Shown: piece after piece, positions 14,580-28,211 of the stretch | Position numbering within the stretch: the first letter of the stretch is position 1 | How the letters are laid out: every line of letters starts with the position of its first letter | From: Eledone cirrhosa | Taxonomy: Eukaryota | Assembly (NCBI GenBank): GCA_964016885.1 | Contig: OZ024754.1 | Span: 14,446,001 to 14,510,000, forward strand | Reading direction: 5' to 3' | DNA: 64,000 nt | Made by a program: the position numbers and the translations under genes | Notes under the pieces: model-generated | Told to the model about the DNA's origin: nothing | The model's database searches: none | What the model saw: the letters and a program-made list of their open reading frames with translations, nothing else

Positions 14580-15132
14580 TGTGTATGTATGTATGTATGT
14601 ATGTATGTATGTATGTATGTATGTATGTATGTATGTATGTATGTATGTATGTATGTATGTATGTATGTATTTATGTATGAATGTATGTATGTATTTATGC
14701 ATGTATGAATACATGTATGTATGTATGTACGTATGTATGTACGTATGTATGTACGTATGTATGTACGTATGAACGTATGTATGTATGAATATATGTCTGT
14801 ATGTATGTACGTATGTACGTATGTATATTTGTATGAATGTATGTATGTATGTATGTATGTATGTATGTATGTATGTGTGTATGTATGTATGCATGTATGA
14901 ATATATGTATGTATGTGTGCATGCATGTATGAATATATCTATGTATGAACGTATGTATGTATGTATGTATGTATGTATGTATGAATATGTGTATGTATGT
15001 ACATGCGTACGTACGTATGTATGAATGTATGTATGAATGTATGTATCTATGTATGTATGTTTGTTTGTATGTATGTATGAATATATGTATGTATATATGT
15101 GTGTATGTATGCATATATATATACACACACAC

Positions 15133-15219
<87 letters not shown>

Positions 15220-15255
15220 TGTGTAGTGTGTTTGTGTGTTTGCGTGTGTGTGTAT
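14580..15255. repeat. (TATG)n / (TA)n / (TG)n compound microsatellite
   Basis: Direct inspection. Confidence 0.95.
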
Positions 15256-15346
15256 TAGCTTCGTTCACCGCCGCTGCGCTGCATGATGTATTGGATAGTA
15301 TAAGTATTAATTAGCTCACTTCTGTTTCATACACTGTTGGTCGGCC

Positions 15347-15941
15347 ATGATGATGATGATCATCATCATCATTATCACCACCAACACCACCACCACCATC
15401 ATCACCACCACCGCCACCACTACACCAACACGACGACGACGACGACGACCACCAACACCACCACCACCACCACCACCACCACCACCACCACCACTACCAC
15501 CACCACTACCACCACCACTTCCACCAATACCACCACCACTACCACCACCACCACCACCACCACCACTACCACCACCACTACCACCACCAATACCACCACC
15601 ACCACCACCACCACCACCACCACCACCACCACCATCACCACCACTACCACCACCACCACCATCATCACCACCACCACCACCACCACCACCACCACCACCA
15701 CTACCACCACCACTTCCACCAATACCACCACCACTACCACCACCACTACCACCACCACCACCACCACCATCACCACCACACCACCACCACCACCATCACC
15801 ACCACCACCACCACACCACCACCACCACCACCACTACCACCACACCCCACCATCACCACCACCACCACCACTACCACCACCACCACTACCACCACCACCA
15901 CCACCAATACCACCACCACCACCACCACCACCACCACCACC
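15347..15941. repeat. (CAC)n trinucleotide repeat
   Basis: Direct inspection; source of the poly-T/P/H ORFs. Confidence 0.95.
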
Positions 15942-16349
15942 TATCAATGTCACAGTAATTAGTGAATTTGTTTCCAATTTTTGGTGCTATTTACCGGCAA
16001 CAAAGCAACATGGTTCCTCGGCTAGAAAAAAATATTCTTTCACTCACTTCCCCTCTCTTTCCCTCTCCCTTCCCTCTCCTACTATCTCTCCCTTCCCTCT
16101 CCTACTATCTCTTTCTTCCTTCTCCTACTATCTCCGCCTTCCCTCTCTTTCCCTCTCCCTTCCATCTCCTCTACTCCCTCTCCCTTCTCCCCAACCCCCC
16201 TCCATCTCCTCTACTCTCGTTCATTCTCCTTTTATTCCTAGTTCCCTCACTTATACTCTTCCCATCCCTCTCCTGTACCAATTCTCCAGTATCCCCTCGT
16301 CATTACCCCCCTCTTAATATACCCCATTTCCCCTCTTCTATAATCCATT

Positions 16350-17332
16350 TCCCCACCATGTATTATCCACCAGCCATACCCCACCATGTATTATCCACCA
16401 GACATACCCCACCATGTCTTATCCACCAGCCATACCCCACCATGTCTTATCCACCAGCCATACGCCACCATGTCTTATCCACCAGCCATACCCCCACCGT
16501 GTCTTATCCACCAGCCATACCCCACCATGTCTTATCCACCAGCCATACCCCACCATGTCTTATCCACCAGCCATACCCCACCATGTCTTATACACCAGCC
16601 ATACCCCACCATGTCTTATCTACCAGCCATACCCCACCATGTCTTATCCACCAGCCATAGCCCACCATGTCTTATCCACCAGCCATACCCCACCATGTCT
16701 TATCTACCAGCCATACCCCACCATGTCTTATCCACCAGCCATACCCCACCATGTCTTATCCACCAGCCATACCCCACCATGTATTATCCGACAGCCATAC
16801 TTCACCATGTCTTATACACCAGCCATACCCCACCATGTCTTATCCACCAGCCATACCCCACCATGTATTATCCACCAGCCATACCCCACCATGTCTTATC
16901 CACCAGCCATACCTCACCATGTCTTATCCACCAGCCATACCTCACCATGTATTATCCACCAGCCATACCCCACCATGTATTATCCAGCAGCCATACCCCA
17001 CCATGTCTTATACACCAGCCATACCCCACCATCTTATCCACCAGCCATACCCCACCATGTATTATCTACCAGCCATACCCCACCATGTCTTATCCACCAG
17101 CCGTACCCCACCATGTCTTATCCACCAGCCATACCCCACCATATCTTCTCCACCAGCCATACCCCACCATGTCTTATCCACCAGCCATACCCCACCATGT
17201 CTTATCCACCAGCCATACCCCACCATGTCTTATCCACCAACTATACCCCACCATGTCTTCTCCACCAGCCATACCCCACCATGTCTTATACACCAGCCAT
17301 ACCCCACCATGTCGTATACACCAGCCATACCA
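16350..17332. repeat. 28-bp minisatellite (ATACCCCACCATGTCTTATCCACCAGCC)n, about 35 units
   Basis: Direct tandem repeat. Confidence 0.95.
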
Positions 17333-17419
17333 CACGCGCCATGGTCTGGGCAGGATTCAACTTCAGTTTCAATCGGATCTCCCTTCGTTCTTTTCTTCCA
17401 CCGTACACCGCTTTCTTTC

Positions 17420-17510
<91 letters not shown>

Positions 17511-17675
17511 GTATATATAAATATAAATGTGTGTATATATAAAAATATAAACATACATATATACATATATAAATTATATACACATACAAATATATACATA
17601 CATGTGTGCTTATATATATATATATATACATACATATATACACATACATACACATACATGTATATGCATACGTAA

Positions 17676-17724
<49 letters not shown>

Positions 17725-17846
17725 AACACATACATTTATATACACATATATATATTTATCATTATATTTATATATATATATATATATAAACACATACATT
17801 TATATATAGACACATACATTTATATACACATATATATATATATATC

Positions 17847-17883
<37 letters not shown>

Positions 17884-18206
17884 TACATACATATACATAT
17901 TATACATATACACACACACATAGATACCTTTTTTCTCCTATATTTTATATATTGTTATTTATCTTTTATCACATGTCTTTGTCAGTTTTGTTCGTTTTTA
18001 CTTTCCTATCTCTATTTTTCCTCTATTATATCGTATAACTTTATATTTAATCCCAGCTTGTTTGTTTTAATTTATTTCGGTAAGAATTCTCGTCGGAATG
18101 TAATAAGGGTAGATTTCAGAAATTCTAGTAGGTTTTTCTCAGCCAGAATCATTCACCTTGCCAGTCAAGAGTGTTGCCAGGAAGATCACCAAACCGAGTA
18201 AAAGAC

Positions 18207-19268
18207 CTGAGTTTACCTAATATTACCTATTGAGTACGCTGAAATGCAACCGGTATTAGCTGTGAAACCCATGCTAGCTCCGTCAACTTATTATTATTTT
18301 GTCCCAACTAGCAGAGTAACAATGAGAATAAGCTGAACAATTTTTCACATTTTTTATTATTTCGTTTAATACACGCTCTAATACCTGTTATAAATGTTCT
18401 CTCTCACTCACCAACCGGTATTAGCTGTGAAACCCATGCTAGCTCCATCAACTTATTATTATTTTGTCCCAACTAGCAGAGTAACAATGAGAATAAACTG
18501 AACAATTTTTCACATTTTTTATTGTTTCGTTTAATACATGCTCTAATACCTGTTATAAATGTTCTCTCTCACTCACCTATTGAATTGTACAAGTTGTGAA
18601 ATTGATCAGTTTACGTACGTGGTTAGTCGGATTATCTAGAATTCGAACTCTAACCAACGCGCTAACTCTATATCGCTGTCTAATCGCCTGTTGGCATTTA
18701 ACGCCCGGAAAGGTTTTAGGCACTGCCACTATTACTGTCGCACTATTTCTCGCCATTGGACTTGGAGACTGGCTACCATTCTATTGTACAACGATTGGAG
18801 ACTGAATTTTTTTTTCTAATAACCGATTTTTCACTCGCTTGTTAATTTGTGTTTGAGATAAGTTGGCTGAGTACTTATGACGGGAGTCGGTGAACAGCAT
18901 TGTGATGACGCGTAGGGATATCAGTTGCTAATGTTTTACTGTGTTGGCCGTCACATACAGTCATAGCTGAGACGGACTGGAATTCTGTCGATCGATTGGT
19001 TGTCGATTAGGCGAATCCCACTGATAAAGCCACATGCGCCGATTTGCATTGTTGCATAATAAATCCAGACAGTGGATGCTGTGCTCTCCATTGCTGCCTT
19101 AAATGAGGCCGAAACTCGAGTACGGGTAAAGATTGAAGGTACCCATTTACGTGCATTCTATTGAAGCGAATAACTGAGTGCCTACTCTGTGAGTTTACCT
19201 AATATTACCTATTGAGTACGCTGAGATGCAACCGGTAGTAGCAGTGAAACCCATGGTAGTTCCGTCAA

Positions 19269-19273
<5 letters not shown>
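18207..19273 (+). mobile_element. PLE-like 3' region with direct terminal repeats and a degenerate hammerhead
   Basis: 18207-18291 repeated at 19190-19273; ~163-bp tandem duplication within 18249-18577; CTGATAA..ggcc GAAA ctcgag TA cggg at 19021-19126; ACTC..TTGAGTAC tail; ends in (TA)n. Confidence 0.6.
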
Positions 19274-19319
<46 letters not shown>

Positions 19320-19394
19320 GAAAAGAACAAACTAAATACAGGAGGTAATTGTGCATAGTTGTATTAGGTTCACGCTTGGTGGAAGTGGAGGAGG

Positions 19395-19430
19395 TTTCAA
19401 CGTTTCGGATTTAATTCCTTCACCAGGAAA
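19395..19430 (-). ncRNA. Minimal hammerhead motif (core CTGGTGA variant)
   Basis: tttc CTGGTGA a gga-attaaa-tcc GAAA cg TT gaaa. Confidence 0.6.
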
Positions 19431-20368
19431 GTTAAGATAGGTGGAGAACAGGTACTCCGTGAGGGAGTAAGAAGGGTTGTAAGGAGGGAAGTTAACAAGG
19501 AAAGAACACAATATGAAGGGGAAAATAAAAATAAATATAAAAAACTAAAATTTAAAAAATGTTTAAATATATATATATATATATATTATTATTATTATAT
19601 AATAATAATAATATTATTTATAGTTATATATACACTATATACAACTATAAACAGGAAAGGTCAGTAATTCCTCACTACCTTATTACCAGTAAGAAAAATA
19701 GCTCAATGTAAATACATCAGATGTTTTACAGAACAGGAATATAAATTTTTTTCTATCTTCTTCTATCATATACAAATTAATCGCTAATTACCTCCCCTTT
19801 CACATTAGCTCTCCTTAATATAGATCTCAAACTGACTTCCGGAAATTAAACCGTTAGAAGAATCACTCCAGAACAACTCGAACCCAGGATAACAGTATAA
19901 TAGGACCAATATACAATCCATAGCTGTAACTAATTAAAAACATTCACTTAAATAAAATATAACCAATATAATGGAAAAGAAAACAATAGTATTAATACTC
20001 TCAACACATGCGCATTTGAACATTACAGAAACAATTATCACACTACATCCACCATAAACTCATAATTTTAATACACAAACATCTTTGTCTGCTTGATATG
20101 CTTGTAAACCTGTTATCTTTTGTGATACCTTTGCCATGCAGTAATTATATATGCCTAGTACCATTGCTTGTTTCCTACCTAGCTGTCCCGTATATGCCTA
20201 ACGCATTTACACTCTCTATACTGCTTTAATTATTATACAATTCTCTTGTAATCTCTGTCACATCCATTCCACTCTGTAAATATGAAACTATTGATGACAA
20301 CATTAATATCCATGTTATATGATTGTTCAGTTGAATAGGTAGTTAATTATATGTCCAAACTTTGCTAG

Positions 20369-20415
20369 TGCTCCGATGATTCCGAACGAAAGTTTGGAAG
20401 AAACGGTTGTCAGCA
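20369..20415 (+). ncRNA. Type I hammerhead motif (core CCGATGA variant)
   Basis: tgct CCGATGA ttccgaac-gaaa-gtttggaa GAAA c-ggtt-g TC agca, followed by aataaa. Confidence 0.7.
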
Positions 20416-20622
20416 ATAAAATGTTTTGAACATAGTTTTGATTATTGTGTAATATATATATATATATATATATATAGTACGTTATTCCGGGTTGAATCGG
20501 AGGTAACCACAGTAAGTAAGGTACTCAATACATTGCAGAGTATAAAAGTTTTAATATAGATGAGATTCTGCAGGACTAGAACTGTTTCATTCTAGAACTG
20601 TTTCATTCTTTAGAAATCATCA

Positions 20623-20671
20623 GATTCCTGATGATTTCTAAAGAATGAAACAGTTCTAGTCCTGTAGAATC
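20623..20671 (+). ncRNA. Type I hammerhead ribozyme in a palindromic PLE-like insertion (20478-20688)
   Basis: gattc CTGATGA tttc-taaa-gaat GAAA cag-ttctagtc-ctg TA gaatc; mirror copy on -; same family at 40431-40565 and 54548-54742. Confidence 0.75.
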
Positions 20672-20684
20672 TCATCTATATTAA

Positions 20685-20768
<84 letters not shown>

Positions 20769-20784
20769 GCTGTTGTTGTTCGTT

Positions 20785-21270
20785 GTGAAGACTCGTGAGG
20801 TTTAGTGGTTAGGATATTCAGCTCACAATTGTATGGTGGGTGAGTTTGATTCCCGACGGCGAACCAGTCCATTGACCTGACAGAAATCAGTTGTATCTGT
20901 AATTCAAAGAGCTAGTCAGCCTTGTCACATACCGTGTAACGCTGAATCTTCATAAGAACTAGGGTTAAGGTTAGGGTTAGTTTAGGGTTAGGGTTAGGAT
21001 TAGGGTTAAGGCTAGGGTTAGGGTTAGTTTTGGGTTAGGATAAGGGTTAAGGTTAGGGTTAGTTTAGGGTTAGGGTTAGGATTAGGGTTAAGGCTAGGGT
21101 TAGGGTTAGTTTTGGGTTAGGGTTAGGATTAGGGTTAGGGCTAGGGTTAGGGTTAGGGTTAGTTTAGGGTTAGGGTTAGGGCTAGGGTTAGGGTTAGGGT
21201 TAGTTTAGGGTTAGGGTTGATCAAGCTACTGGAACGTTCGTCGTCAAAACTGACGAACTGCCAGCAGATG
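20785..21270 (+). mobile_element. Degenerate tRNA-derived SINE interrupted by a telomeric array
   Basis: tRNA-like head (ggtttagtggttagga..gagtttgattccc) before the array; non-repetitive SINE-like sequence resumes after it. Confidence 0.55.
20960..21218 (+). repeat. Interstitial telomeric repeat (TTAGGG)n with variants
   Basis: About 43 hexamer-equivalents including TTAGGA, CTAGGG, TTAAGG and TTAGT variants. Confidence 0.92.
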
Positions 21271-21307
21271 TGGCTAATGTTATAATTAATAATCAACATT
21301 ATAATAA

Positions 21308-21635
21308 TTGTTTCTACTTTAGGCACCGGGCCAGTAATTACCCAGTGCCTTACTGGTACTTTATTTTATCGACCCCGTAAGGATGAAAGGCAAAGTCAAC
21401 CTCGGCGGGACTTGAACATTATAATAATATTGGTTTCTGATTCGGGCACGAAGTCAGCAATTTTTGGGGAGGCGAAAGTCGATTAAATCGACCCCAGTGC
21501 GTCACTGGTACTTTATTCTATGGACACTGTCGGGATGAAAGGCAAAACTTACCTCGGCGTGATTTGAACTCAGACTGTAAAGATCCCGAACAAATACTAC
21601 TACGCATTTGTCCGACACTCTAACGCCACTGCCAA
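21308..21635 (-). mobile_element. Two adjacent SINE family A copies
   Basis: ctggtactttattttatcgacccc..gatgaaaggcaaag..cctcggcg..ttgaac motif present twice. Confidence 0.8.
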
Positions 21636-21840
21636 TAATAATAATAGGAGCACACGAAGAGTTTTCAAGGATGGTTAAAGAACATTAGTCCAACCCCCAC
21701 TTTTTTTTGGAACATTTCAAAAGGCATGCTTGCTGGGAACAGCAAGAATCCCCCGATACATCCTGAATATCTTAGGCTGCAGGTAGCGGTTTGATGTTCA
21801 TATGAACAAACTTTCTAGTTAAATAACTGAGACTCCAAGA

Positions 21841-21871
<31 letters not shown>

Positions 21872-22537
21872 TCATTCTTTATTTGTCACAGGAGCCAAAA
21901 CATGTAGGACAATACAAAATACAGAGACTGGGATGATTCACAAAAAATTGTGTAAAATATGTAAACAAATAAAAGAGATAACAATAAATAATAAATTAAT
22001 AACAATATAATTTCCCCAATATGGACGAGCACCATCCAGGGGTAATTTAGGAACCCCAGAGTTTTTAAACCACCCTAATCTCTGGGAGTATCCAAGGAAT
22101 GTGCGTCTCTTCTCTCGAAACTCTCCAGCATGTTTTGACCTCAATTTCTTCAAGATAAGTTCGTATACATTAGCGAGCCAAGCCTCTTTAAGGGAATGAA
22201 CGAAAAGATTATCATGGCAGCATGACTACCAGATGAAATGGACCGAATCTCATTCAGAAATAGAAGCAGATGGTCTTACCCATTCTATAGCGGCAGTTTT
22301 ACCTTCATACAAGCATGAATATTTTATCAAATTATATCCTAGTAAGATGACATTATTTTGTCAAAGGATGTCTGTTAAATATTGAAACATGATGTTACAC
22401 TCTAGGTCAACATGTTTATTTCTTCACTCAATCTTCATGTGAAACGTTTCTTCTAGTGAAGGTTTTATGAGGTTATTCCTGTGAGTTAGCCTGTCCCTTT
22501 AACGTGCTCACCAACAAAATAATCGACATTTACAATA

Positions 22538-22868
22538 CAGTCTGTTCGCTTTTTTACGTGAACTTGAAGTACGCGAATTCGCTTTTAACGCCTCTTAAAA
22601 AAATATTACTTAATATGCGAATAGCGCTCTATAACGAGTGTGCTTTTTAATTTTTTTATTTATCAGAAATAAGACTTGAAGTACGCGAATTTGTTTTAAC
22701 ACCCCTTGAAAAAATATTTGTTTCTACTTTAGGCACAAGGCCAGCAATTACCCAGTTCATTACTGGTACTAAATATTCACTTAGCGCGAATAACGGTAGT
22801 TTTTTATTTATCAGAAAAGACATGAATTAAGCAAATTTGCTTTACGCGCTGCGTTCACGAGCAGACTG
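22538..22868. mobile_element. Tc1/mariner (pogo/Tigger-like) MITE
   Basis: TA|CAGTCTGTTCG ... CGAGCAGACTG|TA terminal inverted repeats with TA target duplication; contains a SINE 3' fragment. Confidence 0.65.
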
Positions 22869-22913
22869 TACTTAACAGAGTGGCAGAAACAAACGCATCT
22901 CACGACCTTAATA

Positions 22914-23505
22914 ATTGTTTCTGCGTTTGGCACAAGGCCAGCAATTACTAGTACATTACTGGTACTTTATTTTATCGACCCCGTAAAAATGAAAGGCAAA
23001 GTTAACCTCGGCGGGATTTGAACTCAGAATGACAAGAGCTGTAACTCTATACGTCAAAGCATGGCGTCCGACCCTCTGTCGATACTGCCAATCCACCGCC
23101 CTCACGACTTTAAGAATGGTTTCTAATTTAGACACAAGGCCAACAATTTTGGGCGAGTGGAAAGTCGATTGAATTCACCCAGTATGTTACTGGTAACTTT
23201 ATCGGCCCCGTAAGGATGCAAAGCAAAGCTAATCTCGGCGGGATATGAAGTCAGAACGTAAAGGGGCGTAACTCCATGTCGCGAACCATGGCGTCCACGC
23301 TCTACCGATATTGCCAATCCACCGCTCCCTATAATAGTTTCGGATTTAGGCACACGGAAAACAGTTCGGGAGGAAAGGAAAATCGATCAAATCAACCCCA
23401 GTGTGTTACTGGTATTTTATTTTATCGACACCGTAAAATTGAAAGGAAAAGCTAACTTCGGCGGGATTTGAATTTACATTTGTCCGAAGTCTTATCGATT
23501 CTACC
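22914..23505 (-). mobile_element. Cluster of three SINE family A copies
   Basis: Repeated central domain and heads at ~22914-23100, 23120-23325 and 23335-23505. Confidence 0.8.
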
Positions 23506-23591
23506 AACCCAGAAAGGTTTATATCAATTACCCAACTTACGCTTCTTGAGGTAGAAATAACCTCGAATCTTCATCAACATTCGCTGCAGGT

Positions 23592-23775
23592 TGGTGGATT
23601 GGCAGTATCGGTAGAGAGTCGGACGCCATGCTTTGCAGCATAGTTACGTCCCTTTACGGTCTGAGTTCAAACCCCGCCGAGGTTGACTTTGCCTTTCATC
23701 CTTACGGGGTCTATAAAATAAAGTACCAGTAATGTACTGGGTAATTTGCTGGCCTTGTGCCAAAAGTAGAAACGG
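23592..23775 (+). mobile_element. SINE family A
   Basis: Full head-to-tail copy (ggtggattggcagtatcgg...gtagaaac); an empty-site paralogue lies at 14483-14582. Confidence 0.85.
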
Positions 23776-23869
23776 TTATCTATCTGAATGTGTGTTTTTG
23801 TATATATGTATGTATGTTCGTATATATGTATGTATGTATATATGTATGTATGTATGTTTGTATATATGT

Positions 23870-24760
23870 ATGACCCCTTAGCCTTTGTTAAGGCAGAATT
23901 CTAGGAGAAGGAAAACTCTGATATAACACCTGCAACCCTGATGGTATCCAATGATGTTGACTTGCTCTTATTTTTGGTAAATATCATCTTGGTTAAGAGA
24001 GTGGGACTGGCTTTGTGCAGTGCCTTTGCTCACTGTAAAAGCTTCACGGCACAGGCATTGCTTTATATCTGGAGATCTCTCTGCACTTGTCCTCACATGG
24101 TACCATGGGCCCTGCACTATGTGTCAATATTTGTCACAAGTGTAGTGTTTGTACCAGAGTTTTCAAGTCGCTGGCTGGACTTAAAGGTCACACTCGTTCA
24201 GCGCATCGGTAGGAGTTCTCCTACATGGATATAAAGTAGTGACCGTACTCGAAAACGAGTTGGCAGCCACCACCATGTATGTATGTATGTATGTATGTAT
24301 GTATGTATGTATGTATGTATGTATGTATGTATGTATGTATGTGTGTATGAATGTGTGTATGTATGTATGTATGTATGTATGTATGTATGTATGTCAGGTC
24401 ACCAGTTGGTGCTACTGTTAACATGTATCCCAGTACAACATGTCTCATGGTCGGGTCGTTGGCGACTAAACTGGCAACCCCACCAAGGTTTCTTGGTGAG
24501 GAGGGTGACTTTGGACATCCTGCAGGACTAAAAACAAGACCTGTCAAAGAGAATAGGAGCTCTTAAGAGTCAATGGCCATCCAAAATCACCGGGAGAGAT
24601 GACCCCTTAGCCTTTGTCAAGGCAGAATTCTAGGAGAAGGAAAACTCTGATATAACACCTCGTGTTATAAAAAGTCACACTCGTTCAGCGCTTCGGTAGG
24701 GGTTCTCCTACATGGATATAAAGTAGTGGCCGTACTCGAAAACGAGTTGGCAGCCACCAT
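23870..24760. mobile_element. Two copies of the ~610-bp element in opposite orientation, separated by (TATG)n
   Basis: Reverse complement of 12611-13220; 23870-24276 is truncated and 24392-24760 is internally deleted. Confidence 0.85.
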
Positions 24761-25019
24761 GTATGTATGTATGTATGTATGTATGTATGTATGTATGTAT
24801 GTATGTATGTATGTATGTATGTATGTCTGTATGAATGTGTGTATGTATGTATGTCGACTCCTCTACTTGACATGTACTATATTCTATAGACTTTGGAAGT
24901 ATGAAAGGCAAAGATCCGTACAAATACTACCAAGCTTGTTTCTCAGGCTCTCACCATTCAGCTAATTCTCCGATCTTAATAACAAGGATTTATAATTTAG
25001 TTACAAGGCCATCAATTCG

Positions 25020-27273
25020 TGTGATGGTGGTGGTGGTGTGTATATGTGGTGGTGGTGGTGGTGGTGGTGTGTATATGTGGTGGTGGTGGTGGTGTGTATG
25101 TGTGATGGTGATGGTGGTGGTGGTAGTGGTGTGTATGTGTGATGGTGTTGGTGGTGTGTATGTGTGTGGTGGTGGAGGTGGTGTGTATGTGTGATGGTGG
25201 TGGTGGTGGTGGTGGTGGTGGTGGTAGTGGTGTGTATGTGTGATGGTGGTGGTGGTAGTGGTGTGTATGTACGATGGTGGTGGTGGTGGTGTGGTGTGTA
25301 TGTGTGGTGGTGGTAGTGGTGTGTATGTGTGATGGTGGTGGTGGTAGTGGTGTGTATGTGTGGTGGTGGTGGTGGTAGTGGTGTGTATGTGTGGTGGTGG
25401 TGGTGGTAGTGGTGTGTATGTGTGATGGTGGTGGTGGTAGTGGTGTGTATGTGTGATGGTGGTGGTGGTAGTGGTGTGTATGTGTGGTGGTGGTGGTGGT
25501 AGTGGTGTGTATGTGTGATGGTGATGGTGGTGGTGGTGTGTATGTACGATGGTGGTGGTGGTGGTGTGGTGTGTTTGTGTGGTGGTGGTAGTGGTGTGTA
25601 TGGGTGATGGTGGTGGTGGTAGTGGTGTGTATGTGTGGTGGTGGTGGTGGTAGTGGTGTGTATGTGTGGTGGTGGTGGTAGTGGTGTGTATGTGTGGTGG
25701 TGGTGGTGGTGTGTATGTGTGGTGGTGGTGGTGGTGGTAGTGGTGTGTATGTGTGGTGGTGGTGGTGGTGGTGGTGGTGTGTATGTGTGGTGGTGGTGGT
25801 GGTAGTGGTGTGTATGTGTGGTGGTGGTGGTAGTGGTGTGTATATGTGGTGGTGGTGGAGGTAGTGGTGTGTATGTGTGATGGTGGTGGTGGTAGTGGTG
25901 TGTATATGTGGTGGTGGTGGAGGTAGTGGTGTGTATGGGTGATGGTGGTGGTGGTAGTGGTGTGTATGTGTGGTGGTGGTGGTGGTAGTGGTGTGTATGT
26001 GTGGTGGTGGTGGTAGTGGTGTGTATATGTGGTGGTGGTGGAGGTAGTGGTGTGTATGTGTGATGGTGGTGGTGGTAGTGGTGTGTATATGTGGTGGTGG
26101 TGGTGGTAGTGGTGTGTATGTGTGGTGGTGGTGGTGGTGGTAGTGGTGTGTATGTGTGGTGGTGGTGGTGGTAGTGGTGTGTATGTGTGGTGGTGGTGGT
26201 GGTAGTGGTGTGTATGTGTGGTGGTGGTAGTGGTGGTGGTGTGTATGTGTGGTGGGGGTGGTGGTGGTAGTGGTGTGTATGTGTGGTGGTGGTAGTGGTG
26301 TGTATATGTGGTGGTGGTGGTGGTAGTGGTGTGTATGTGTGGTGGTGGTGGTAGTGGTGTGTATGTGTGGTGGTGGTGGTGGTAGTGGTGTGTATGGGTG
26401 ATGGTGGTGATGGTAGTGGTGTGTATGTGTGGTGGTGGTGGTGGTGGTAGTGATGTGTATGTGTGGTGGTGGTGGTGGTAGTGGTGTGTATGTGTGGTGG
26501 TGGTGGTGGTAGTGGTGTGTATGGGTGATGGTGGTGATGGTAGTGGTGTGTATGGGTGATGGTGGTGATGGTAGTGGTGTGTATGTGTGGTGGTGGTGGT
26601 GGTGGTAGTGGTGTGTATGTGTGGTGGTGGTGATGGTAGTGGTGTGTATGTGTGGTGGTGGTGGTGGTAATGGTGTGTATGGGTGATGGTGGTGATGGTA
26701 GTGGTGTGTATGTGTGGTGGTGGTGGTGGTGGTAGTGGTGTGTATGTGTGGTGGTGGTGGTGGTAGTGGTGTGTATGTGTGGTGGTGGTGGTGGTAGTGG
26801 TGTGTATGTGTGGTGGTGGTGGTGGTGGTAGTGGTGTGTATGGGTGATGGTGGTGATGGTAGTGGTGTGTATGTGTGGTGGTGGTGGTGGTAGTGGTGTG
26901 TATGTGTGGTGGTGGTGATGGTAGTGGTGTGTATGTGTGGTGGTGGTGGTGGTGGTAGTGGTGTGTATGGGTGATGGTGGTGATGGTAGTGGTGTGTATG
27001 TGTGGTGGTGGTGGTGGTGGTGGTGGTGTGTATGTGTGGTGGTGGTGGTGGTAGTGGTGTGTATGTGTGGTGGTGGTGGTGGTGGTAGTGGTGTGTATGG
27101 GTGATGGTGGTGATGGTAGTGGTGTGTATGTGTGGTGGTGGTGGTGGTGGTAGTGGTGTGTATGTGTGGTGGTGGTGGTGGTAGTGGTGTGTATGTGTGG
27201 TGGTGGTGGTGGTGGTAGTGGTGTGTATGTGTGGTGGTGGTAGTGGTGTGTATGTGTGGTGGTGGTAGTGGTG
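25020..27273. repeat. Compound (GGT)n-AGTGGTGTGTATGTGT minisatellite
   Basis: Variable-length units of ~25-35 bp; explains the 755-aa H/T/P ORF. Confidence 0.95.
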
Positions 27274-27372
27274 GGGCAATCGATTATATTGGCTCCAGTA
27301 CTTGACTGTTAGTTTAAAGACTTACACTTATCTATCAACTTCGCTCACTCACTCACTCATTCTCAATTTACC

Positions 27373-27411
<39 letters not shown>

Positions 27412-27437
27412 TTTCTCTCTCTCTCTCTCTCTATCTA

Positions 27438-27506
<69 letters not shown>

Positions 27507-27658
27507 CCCATTCTCTCACCCCTTCCAGTTTCTTTGTGTATACACACACACACACACACATATATATAGCCGTCGAAACGGCTTGAGCTCTGCCGTCGGG
27601 GTCATACTTTTTCCTATATATATATATATATATATATTTATTAAAATAACAGATTAAA

Positions 27659-27707
27659 GTTTAAGCAAAGAATCGCTGCTTTCACCCTTAACGGGATCTT
27701 CTGAAAC
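27659..27707 (-). ncRNA. Hammerhead variant (core CAGAAGA)
   Basis: gttt CAGAAGA t ccc-gttaa-ggg t GAAA gca-gcgattctt-tgc TT aaac; also at 35772-35820 (+) and 46857-46905 (-). Confidence 0.65.
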
Positions 27708-27811
27708 TCAAGTTTAATAAATATTTGCTCTATGGTTCTTATATATTTGATATATATTTATCCGTATCGAGCCCTCTTTGGATTTTAGTCTTCAAATTTA
27801 TTATTATTAAG

Positions 27812-28211
27812 ATGACCTCTTAGCCTTTGTCAAGGCAGAATTCTAGGAGAAGGAAAACTCTGATATAGCACCTGCAACTCTGATGGTATCCAATGATGTT
27901 GACTTGTTATTCTTTTTGGTAAATATCATCTTGGTTAAGAGAGTGGGACTGGCTTTGTGCAGTACCTTTGCTCACTATAAAAGCTTCACGGCACAGGCAT
28001 TGCTTTATATCTGGAGATCTCTCTGCACTTGTCGTCACATGATACCATGGGCCCAGCACTGTGTGTCAATAATTGTCACAAGTGTAGTGTTTGTACCAGA
28101 GTTTTCAAGTCGCTGGCTGGACTAAACAGTCACACTCGTTCAGCGCATCGGTAGGGGTTCTCCTACATGGTTATAAAGTAGTGGCCGTACTCGAAAACGA
28201 GTTGGCAGCCA

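Noticed and set aside
16386-17675. Proline/tyrosine-rich adhesive-protein-like ORF (SYPPAIPHH repeats)
   Set aside because: The 28-bp period is not a multiple of 3 and all frames are open, which indicates a minisatellite rather than codon-constrained sequence.
21938-22200. Possible exon or TE ORF (KEAWLANVYELILKKLRSK...)
   Set aside because: No recognisable motif and no convincing splice sites.
25012-27279. 755-aa His/Thr/Pro ORF
   Set aside because: A compound GGT minisatellite whose frame cycles between units.
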